Source of the DNA: Pseudomonadota bacterium | Lineage (GTDB): Bacteria > Myxococcota > JACRCW01 > JAFGSX01 | Assembly: GCA_043821645.1 (NCBI GenBank) | Contig: JBDRCO010000122.1 | Span: 1-33,276 of the forward strand | Direction: 5' to 3' | Length of the DNA: 33,276 nt | In this document: piece after piece, positions 25,362-33,276 of the stretch | Numbering within the stretch: position 1 is the stretch's first letter | Layout: each line of letters opens with the position of its first letter | Made by a program: the position numbers and the translations under genes | Notes under the pieces: generated by a model | Seen by the model: only the letters and a program-made list of their open reading frames with translations | What the model was told of the DNA's origin: nothing | Database searches by the model: none

Positions 25362-26216
25362 TCAGGGCTGGTGTCGCCGCCCCACCTCGACCACCAGGGC
25401 CCGGTGATCCGAGACCCCGGTGTCTACGACGCGGCTTTTCCAGGCCAGCAGGTCCTGGGAGATCACGACGTGGTCGATGCGCAAGAGGGGCTGCCGCGAT
25501 GGATAGGTGGGCCCGGCGTCGAGGCCGGCCAGCTCGCCCACGATGCTCAGGGGAGTCAGGGCCACATCGCTCGCCTCGGTGTTGAGGTCGGCGAGCAGGA
25601 TGCTGCCCTCGCGTCCCCCCAGGGCCTCGGCCACAGCCCGGGCCTGGTCGCGGTGCGCACTCGCCGCACCAGGTGCATCTCGCAGCGACGAGAAATGGCT
25701 CACACCCAGCACCCAGTCCTGATCCTTGAGGCGAGTTCGCGCCAGCAGCAGCACCCGCGGCTCGCCACCTGCGACCACGGGCAGCGCCAGGGTACGCACG
25801 GCACTCAGGGGTGTCCGCGAGAGCAGGGCCACACCGTAGGCACCGCCGTCGAAGTCCATGGCCTTGCCAAAGGCCTGGTACATGCCGGTACGCCGGGCCA
25901 GCTCACCAGGCAGGTCCAGACCCCCCGAACGCCGCGTGCCCACGTCGACCTCTTGCAGTCCCACCAGGTCGGCATCCAGCGCGCGAATCGCCTGGGCGAC
26001 GCGTTCCACCCCGAAGCGGCCGGCCAGGATGTTGAAGCTGGCGACGACGATGGGCGGCGGTGGTGGAGTTGGGCGTGGCGGAGGCCTCTCGGTCTGCCGT
26101 GACGCCGGCACCCGCGATGACGTGGAGGGTGTGGGCGTCTCCTCGCGCGGGCCCTCCACCTGCGCCATGGATGCCGGCGCGCTGGCACAACCCAGGATCG
26201 CGCACAGCACGCCCAC
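25362..26216 (-). CDS. Endonuclease/exonuclease/phosphatase (EEP) family protein, probable lipoprotein (start uncertain)
   Basis: ASFNI, DLVGLQEVD, YGVALLSR, LADLN, RIDHV, SDHRAL; AILGC lipobox-like. Alternative starts at 26291 or 26168. Confidence 0.85.
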   Translation of the reverse strand: MGVLCAILGCASAPASMAQVEGPREETPTPSTSSRVPASRQTERPPPRPTPPPPPIVVASFNILAGRFGVERVAQAIRALDADLVGLQEVDVGTRRSGGLDLPGELARRTGMYQAFGKAMDFDGGAYGVALLSRTPLSAVRTLALPVVAGGEPRVLLLARTRLKDQDWVLGVSHFSSLRDAPGAASAHRDQARAVAEALGGREGSILLADLNTEASDVALTPLSIVGELAGLDAGPTYPSRQPLLRIDHVVISQDLLAWKSRVVDTGVSDHRALVVEVGRRHQP

Positions 26217-26289
26217 TGCCCACCACGGCTCGCGCCGCCAGGAGGCGCGTGCTATGTGAGCGCGGTCAAGGGCATGCCACGGAGGTCGC

Positions 26290-26865
26290 ATGATCACACG
26301 CGATGACATCACCAAGCTGTTCTCGAAGCAGCTGCAAAAGATCCACAAGGTCGAACTTCGCGAGCAGGTGGTCGCCGCCTGGGTCGAGGCCTGCGCCGTA
26401 GGCCGCAAGACCAGCGTCGACGAGTTGATGGACATGCCCTTCTCGCTGCTGGTGGACTGCCGGGGCATCAGCTTCATCGAGCACTGCCAGGCTGTGACCG
26501 ACGGCGCCTGGGCCCTGTTCCAGGCGCAGCGCGAGAGCTACCGCGCCATGCCCTACGCTGTCGACGAGGACAGGCTGGTGGCGGGCGGTCTGCTGCACGA
26601 CCTGGGCAAGCTCATGGAGCTGGAGCGCGGCAGCGACGGAAAATGGACCAAGAGCCGCAACGGCAAGCTGCTCCGCCATCCCATCTCCGGCGCCATTCTG
26701 GCCGGCCGCCTGGGCCTCGACGACGCGATGCTCAACATCATCGCCTGTCATGCCAAGGAGGGTGATGGTGCGCCCAAGGTCGTCGAGACCATCCTGATCA
26801 AGCAGGCTGACTTCGCGACCTTCGATCCGCTGGTGATGCAGGAGAAGGGTAGCCTGATCGCCTGA
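26290..26865 (+). CDS. HD-domain (HDIG-type) phosphohydrolase
   Basis: GGAGG RBS; IEHCQAV, GGLLHDLGK, LRHPISGA, IIACHAKEG, QAD. Confidence 0.9.
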   Translation: MITRDDITKLFSKQLQKIHKVELREQVVAAWVEACAVGRKTSVDELMDMPFSLLVDCRGISFIEHCQAVTDGAWALFQAQRESYRAMPYAVDEDRLVAGGLLHDLGKLMELERGSDGKWTKSRNGKLLRHPISGAILAGRLGLDDAMLNIIACHAKEGDGAPKVVETILIKQADFATFDPLVMQEKGSLIA

Positions 26866-26889
26866 GCCGCCCGCCAGTGTCGATGGGCC

Positions 26890-28758
26890 TCAGTGTGCGA
26901 CGCTTCCCGCGCCACCCTGTGTCCCGGCTGTGCGCGTGCGAGCGCGCCTGCGCTGCGAGAGCCGACTACTGTGCTTCGGCACCACGGCGCCGGGCGGATA
27001 GCTCAGGCCATGGCCATAACTGTAATGCCCCGGGATGCTCACCGGGAGCTTGCCCTGGGGCGGGTTCTCGCCCACCAGGGTCAAGGCTGCCGCACTCTGC
27101 GCCACGGCCTGGTAGGTGTACGCACAGACATAGACATCCACGTCGGGGAAATCGCCGAGCATGTAAGGCGAGCCGAAGCTCACCAGGACCACGGGCTTGT
27201 CCGGGTAGCGATTCCTGAGCGCGTGGAGCATCTCCTTGTAGTAGCTGTTCGACAGACCCACCACCACCACGTCTGCCGTCGCCGCCGAGGCCAGAACCTT
27301 GTCGGTGTCGACGCTGCGGCGCTTGCGGTTGGGTGCCCAGCGCAGCGGCACCTGTCGCACCTGGGCACCGCTCAACTTCTGCTCGAGGACCCGGCGGAAC
27401 ACGTCCTGCGAGCTGGCCACCAGCACCCTGGGCGTGCGCGCTGCGGACAGTGGCAGCACGTCGTTCTTGTTGCGCACCAGCGTGATGGCCAGATGTGCGA
27501 TGGTGGAGGCGACCTGTCGATCGCTCCGGCTCACCGCCGGCGGATCGAAGTGCTGCGATGGCAAGATGTGATGCCTGGCCTTGGCCGCCAGGATGCGCCG
27601 GACCGAGAGGTCCACCCGGGACTCCGGAATCTCGCCCCGCTGCACCGCCTGCAGCAGCGCCTGGCGCACTTCCTCTTTACGCTCCGCGGTCCACACCACC
27701 AGCACCATGTCCGCGCCTGCCTGGATGGCCTGCACCGCGGCGCTGCCCAGGCCGTACTTCTCGACGATGCCGCGCATCTCCAGGCCGTCGGTGATGACGA
27801 TGCCGTCGTAGCCCATCTGATCGCGCAGCACCTCGGTGAGGATGCGGTAGGACAGCGTCGACGGCAGGTCCGGCGACTCGGCGATGTTGGGCAGGGCGAT
27901 GTGGGCTGTCATCAGGGCCTCGAGCCCGCCTTCGATGGAGCGCTCGAAGGGCACCAGCTCGACGCGCCGCAGGTGGGCCAGGTCGTAGGGCAGCGAGGGC
28001 AGACCATAATGGCTGTCGCTCTTGGTGGCACCGTGGCCGGGGAAGTGCTTGGCCACGCCGATGACACCAGCCACGCGCAGGCCACGGATGTACGCCACAC
28101 CGATGTCCGCGACCAGCTCCGGGTCCTCGCCGTAGCTGCGGATGCCGATGACCGGGTTGCGCGGGTTGGAGTTGACGTCCAGCACCGGCGCCAGGTTCAT
28201 GGTGAAACCCAGGGCGCGCAGGTCTCTCCCCACCACGCGCCCCGCGGTCTCGGCGAGCTTTACCGAGCGCGTGGCACCGAGGGCCATGGCGCTTGGCAGC
28301 ACCGCATCGCCGTCCTTGATGCGCACCACATTGCCGCCCTCCTGGTCCACCGAGATGAAGGGCGGGATGCCACCGGTATCCAGACCGTGGATGGCGTCGA
28401 GCAAGCGCCGCACCTGGTCGCGGTTCTTGATGTTGTGGCTGAACAGGGCAATGCCACCGACGTGCTTGTCCGAGATGAGCTCGACGATGGCGTCGGTGCT
28501 ATGGGTGCCGACGAAGTCGACGAACATGAGCTGGCCGATCTTCTGCTCGAGGCTCATGCCGGCCAGCAGCGCCTCCACATCCACACCCTCGATGCGCGCA
28601 GCGGGCAAGGACGCAGGGGCGCTCTGGGCCCCGGCGACGGACCCGGGCTGGGACACCGGTGCCACGCTGGCTTTCTTGCCCGCAGCGGCACCGCCGTCCT
28701 CGACGGTGGTCGCGCCCAGCATCAGGGCAGCCAGCAGGAGCAGTGCGCTACGAAACAT
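26890..28758 (-). CDS. nagZ: Beta-N-acetylhexosaminidase, GH3 with C-terminal domain, exported
   Basis: ISVDQEGG, NLAPVLDV, KHFPGHGATKSDSH (NagZ signature), MTAH, ITDGLEM, ITLVRN, GKLPVSIP; N-terminal signal peptide. Confidence 0.92.
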   Translation of the reverse strand: MFRSALLLLAALMLGATTVEDGGAAAGKKASVAPVSQPGSVAGAQSAPASLPAARIEGVDVEALLAGMSLEQKIGQLMFVDFVGTHSTDAIVELISDKHVGGIALFSHNIKNRDQVRRLLDAIHGLDTGGIPPFISVDQEGGNVVRIKDGDAVLPSAMALGATRSVKLAETAGRVVGRDLRALGFTMNLAPVLDVNSNPRNPVIGIRSYGEDPELVADIGVAYIRGLRVAGVIGVAKHFPGHGATKSDSHYGLPSLPYDLAHLRRVELVPFERSIEGGLEALMTAHIALPNIAESPDLPSTLSYRILTEVLRDQMGYDGIVITDGLEMRGIVEKYGLGSAAVQAIQAGADMVLVVWTAERKEEVRQALLQAVQRGEIPESRVDLSVRRILAAKARHHILPSQHFDPPAVSRSDRQVASTIAHLAITLVRNKNDVLPLSAARTPRVLVASSQDVFRRVLEQKLSGAQVRQVPLRWAPNRKRRSVDTDKVLASAATADVVVVGLSNSYYKEMLHALRNRYPDKPVVLVSFGSPYMLGDFPDVDVYVCAYTYQAVAQSAAALTLVGENPPQGKLPVSIPGHYSYGHGLSYPPGAVVPKHSSRLSQRRRARTRTAGTQGGAGSVAH

Positions 28759-28877
28759 GGGACCCGACGTTGGTGACGGCGTCGTCAGGACGAACGCCAG
28801 GCTGTTGCATCGGGCTGTGCAGCAGGGCGGAGGATCTCACACGACGAGACCGGTGCGGGCGCTGCGCAGCGTCAGGG

Positions 28878-30437
28878 CTATCCTTGTCCAGGGTTTCGGC
28901 CCTGGGCAAGCGCAATCTCGCTGTCCGCGAGCTGTGCCGCGCGCTCCTCGATGAGCCGGGCGAAGGCAGAGCGCGCCGCAGCCGGCAACGGGGCCGCACG
29001 GGGCATCTTCTGCTTCAGCGGGTCCACGTAGTGACCGGTCCGCTTCATGCCGAAGTGCACGTGGGGACCCGTCGACAGCCCGGTGGAGCCACAGTAGCCG
29101 ATGACCTGGCGCTGGCTGATGTGCTGCCCGACCTTGATGTTCGCGAACTTGGACAGGTGCGCGTACTGGGTCAGGTAGCCATTGGGGTGGCGCACCTCGA
29201 TCAGGTTGCCGTAGCCGCGGTCGTAGCGACGGGTGACCACCGTGCCGTCGCCAATGGTCCACACCGGAGTGCCCCGGGGCACGCCGTAGTCTACGCCGTT
29301 GTGAGCACGGGTGTAGCCGAGGATGGGGTGCTTGCGGCTGCCGAAGCGGGAGGTGATGCGGGTGACCTCGACCGGCGACTTGAGAAAGGTCTTTTGCAGG
29401 CTCTCGCCGCTGTCGTTGAAATACCCCGCGACGCTGTCGTCCTGGTAGTAGAAGGCCCGCGAGGCCACCTGCCGCCCCGCGTACTCGGCAGCCAGCAAGC
29501 GGCCGTAGCCGATGAACCGGTCGTCGACGTAGCGCTTCTCGATCAGGATGCGAAAGCGATCCGCCTCCTGCACCTCGCGGTAAAAGTCGATTTCCCAGCC
29601 AAAGACCTCGGTGAAGGCGCTGATCAGCGAGGCACCTTCTCCCGTCGCCAGCATGGACTCGTACAGGGTGGAGTGCACCTGACCCTGGACCGTGACCTGG
29701 CGCACGTCGACGGCGACCGCCTCGCTGCGCCCGACCAGCCCCTCGCTGCCGCGCTCGGCGATGTAGATGTCACCCGCGGGCCCCTCGGCCCGGGCGCGGT
29801 ACTCGAAGCGCTGCACCTGCTCGTCGCCCCCCAGGGTGACCGCGAGCTGGTCGCCAGGCCGCGACCGCCTGAAGTCGAACTTGCCCTTGAGCGCGCTCAC
29901 GATCTCATGCACTGCCTCGGGTGCCAGGCCCTCGGACTGCAGGGCTCCGGCCAGGGTCTGACGCGGCTTGAGTTCGGCGGTGATGTGGCGGAATCCGTCG
30001 TGCTCCGCCTCGACCTCGGCGGTGGCCACGGCGACCGGGCTGAGCCAGGCATCGGCGCCTGTGATGCCATCCAACTCCAGCCCCTCGAGGGAGGCGCGGC
30101 GCGCCGGCTTGCGGGATGTGGCGGTCGGCTGCGGAACAGAGTTCAGACCGTCGAGCAGCGAGATGCGCCTCACGGCTGCCGGGGCCGCCACGCTCTCCAC
30201 CGGCCAGATCGCCTTCGCCGGCTGGGGCGCGGGCCGGGACAGGGCCGCACCGTGCAGGGCCAGCACCGCCAGGTTGACCGCGATGGCGATGGCGAAGGCC
30301 AGCAACAGGCCCATGCGGCGCCTGGACAGACGACGCTGACCGGCCCGGGCCGGACGCGCGAGGTGCGGATGCGCCTTTCGTCGGCGTGCGACCAGGCGAT
30401 CACGCAGGGGGCTTCGCATGTGTCGGTAGTCGATCAC
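28878..30437 (-). CDS. M23-family peptidoglycan DD-endopeptidase (MepM-like) with N-terminal TM anchor
   Basis: GTG 30437 with GGAGG RBS; FGWEIDF, ITSRFG.RKHPI, HNGVD (HxxxD), YAHLS, STGPHVHF (HxH). Confidence 0.92.
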   Translation of the reverse strand: MIDYRHMRSPLRDRLVARRRKAHPHLARPARAGQRRLSRRRMGLLLAFAIAIAVNLAVLALHGAALSRPAPQPAKAIWPVESVAAPAAVRRISLLDGLNSVPQPTATSRKPARRASLEGLELDGITGADAWLSPVAVATAEVEAEHDGFRHITAELKPRQTLAGALQSEGLAPEAVHEIVSALKGKFDFRRSRPGDQLAVTLGGDEQVQRFEYRARAEGPAGDIYIAERGSEGLVGRSEAVAVDVRQVTVQGQVHSTLYESMLATGEGASLISAFTEVFGWEIDFYREVQEADRFRILIEKRYVDDRFIGYGRLLAAEYAGRQVASRAFYYQDDSVAGYFNDSGESLQKTFLKSPVEVTRITSRFGSRKHPILGYTRAHNGVDYGVPRGTPVWTIGDGTVVTRRYDRGYGNLIEVRHPNGYLTQYAHLSKFANIKVGQHISQRQVIGYCGSTGLSTGPHVHFGMKRTGHYVDPLKQKMPRAAPLPAAARSAFARLIEERAAQLADSEIALAQGRNPGQG

Positions 30438-30731
30438 GGATATGCCTCCACAGCGTGCGGTCTCCACCGCACGTCGGATCCGAACCAGGTGTCGTTCGAA
30501 CTCTGCGAACCCGACCTTCTCGCGATGAACCGCAGCGAGACCCGAATTCCGATCGTCTCCAGGCGACGATGTTCAGATGCTACGCGGAGATCCGGGTCGG
30601 GTCAAAAATTCTGCCACCATTTCGGCCAGGCGGCGGAATCTGGCGCCAGATGGCTCCACCGTGGCACCCGGGGCATGAATGTGGCGGAACTTGAGGCGTC
30701 AACCACCTGCGCCACGTCCGCGGGAGGTGCT

Positions 30732-31247
30732 ATGGTTTGGAGCATGCCACGCACGGTTCTGTCCTCGCTGCGGATCGCCGGATTGTCGGTCGCGCTCTCG
30801 GTGCTCGCGGTGCCGATTCGAGCGGATCCGCTCTATCCCAGCGTCGAGGCCAACAGCGCCTGCACCGAAGACGCGTGCCAGATGTGCGCCTTTGGCGGCA
30901 GCTGCTTCACCCAGGCCCTGGCCCAGTGTCAGCACCCAGCCTGTGTGATCCTGGGCATCGCCGGCGGCGTGGTGGGCGCCATAGGCGGAGGCGTGGCGGG
31001 CCCCTTCGTGTTTGCGCCCCTGGCCGTGCTCATGTACCCGGGTCTCGACCTGGGAGCGGCGCTGTTCGGCGGCATCTTCGTCGGCGCGGGTCTGGGCTGC
31101 GTCGCCGGCGGCCTGCCAGGCATGCTGTGCGGCACCTGGGTCGGCGAGAGCTGGCGCGCAGGCACCAGCTGGTGGCCCTGGGAGGCCGCGGCCCCACCCA
31201 AGCGGCAGAGCCCGGCACAGCGGCGCAAGAAGCGCGGGGCCAGCTGA
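30732..31247 (+). CDS. Hypothetical Gly/Cys-rich membrane protein
   Basis: GGGAGG RBS then ATG 30732 (frame of ORF 28659..31247); signal peptide, Cys cluster, glycine-zipper-like hydrophobic segments, basic tail. Confidence 0.7.
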   Translation: MVWSMPRTVLSSLRIAGLSVALSVLAVPIRADPLYPSVEANSACTEDACQMCAFGGSCFTQALAQCQHPACVILGIAGGVVGAIGGGVAGPFVFAPLAVLMYPGLDLGAALFGGIFVGAGLGCVAGGLPGMLCGTWVGESWRAGTSWWPWEAAAPPKRQSPAQRRKKRGAS

Positions 31248-31330
31248 GCCTCGTGCAGCGCGCCCGTCGCTGCGATGAAGGGCCGCCGTCCGCGACGCCA
31301 TCCGCACATCCAGGCGCGCTATAGTGCCCC

Positions 31331-32200
31331 ATGCCTGCGCCGCACACGCTCGTGGACAAGCTGCAGACCTTTGCCCGCTACCACCTGAAACGGCGTGTGG
31401 TGGACTACCCAGCTCCGGAGACAGAGCTCGACCTGGTGCCCCTGGACTTGGACCTCGACGCCTTGGTGAGCGAGCTGCATCAAAGGCGAGACCGCTACGA
31501 CCTCGACGTGCTGGAGCGCGTGCGCTACCAGGATCGCGAACACGAGATCCTGCGCCTGCGCTCCCGCTGCGCCGATCCGCGCGCCACCCTGATGCTGCTG
31601 GTCGGCGTGCACGGCAACGAGCACGCAGGCCTGCTGGCGCTACCGGACATCCTGGACGCCCACGACGACGCGCGCGTGCGCCTGGTGGTGGTGGCGCCGG
31701 TGAACCCGGTGGGCGCCGCCGAGCTGTCGCGCTACAACGCCCAGGGCTACGACATCAACCGCGACTTCGTGCGCTTCGACACCCCCGAGGCACGCGCGGT
31801 GCGCCGCGCCGTCGACGAGGACAGGCCGGACTTCGTGCTGTCGCTGCACGAGGGACCGCAGGACGCGACCTTCGTGTTCAGCAATCGCCTGGTGTCGCCG
31901 CAGCTCGCGGCTCGCCTGGTCGAGGCCCTGGCACGCGGCGGCACGACCCTGGCGAGCCACGACTATTTTGGTCGCCGGCTCGAACCCGCCGGACACTCCC
32001 CCGTCGCTGGCCAGATGTACCTGCTCAGCCTGCTGTGGGCGAAGTTGCTGCACATGGAGACCAGCGCCCTGTGGTGCGAGCAGCGCGGCATCCCCGAGCT
32101 CACCCTCGAAAGCTCGTGGCGGCAGCGCGACCGCGCGGCGCGTCTGCGCCCCCACGTCGATCTGGTGCGGGCGATCGTGGCCGAGCTGGCGACGTCCTGA
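31331..32200 (+). CDS. M14-family metallocarboxypeptidase / succinylglutamate desuccinylase-like protein
   Basis: GVHGNE (HxxE), VNPVG, RYNAQGYDINRDF, LSLHEG, TLES. Confidence 0.85.
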   Translation: MPAPHTLVDKLQTFARYHLKRRVVDYPAPETELDLVPLDLDLDALVSELHQRRDRYDLDVLERVRYQDREHEILRLRSRCADPRATLMLLVGVHGNEHAGLLALPDILDAHDDARVRLVVVAPVNPVGAAELSRYNAQGYDINRDFVRFDTPEARAVRRAVDEDRPDFVLSLHEGPQDATFVFSNRLVSPQLAARLVEALARGGTTLASHDYFGRRLEPAGHSPVAGQMYLLSLLWAKLLHMETSALWCEQRGIPELTLESSWRQRDRAARLRPHVDLVRAIVAELATS

Positions 32201-32300
32201 GCTCGACGCGTGACCGCGCTTCCCGGTCCACTCGCCAATGCGCTTGCAGTCCAGGCCTGGACTGGTTAACTCAACAGCTCACCTGCGCAAGGGGGTACGC

Positions 32301-33276
<976 letters not shown>

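Noticed and set aside
28659-30731. N-terminal 690 aa of the 862-aa plus-strand ORF
   Set aside because: Antisense shadow of the M23 gene in high-GC DNA; the real gene starts at 30732 with its own RBS.

Overview
High-GC bacterial chromosomal DNA. Gene content (three tandem parvulin/SurA foldases plus pdxA, bacterial topoisomerase VI, Asp/Ala-rich Cys-containing lipoproteins, UPF0158) suggests Myxococcota or a related deltaproteobacterial lineage; this is inference. Bases 1 to about 5800 are an accessory zone. It holds the 3' part of an IS110-superfamily (IS1111-type) element with a downstream non-coding region whose putative guide segments match the element's own right junction, plus IS3 and IS630 remnants, a pseudogene, a probable beta-barrel protein and a repeat-bearing secreted esterase. 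The remainder looks like core genome: Slt/TPR lytic transglycosylase, 3 PPIases, pdxA, topo VI B and A, a stand-alone FliK-C-like protein coupled to a DHH phosphoesterase, DUF4139, a BpsA-like aminopropyltransferase fused to a degenerate AdoMetDC-like domain, UPF0158, a large LamG/CBM surface protein, EEP and HD hydrolases, NagZ, an M23 peptidase, an M14 peptidase and a truncated pckA. Best leads: (1) a readable bridge/seek RNA with a testable target prediction, (2) the BpsA-pseudoAdoMetDC fusion, (3) the orphan FliK-C/DHH pair, (4) a structured leader upstream of the M23 gene. All family calls come from motif recognition by eye; no searches were run.
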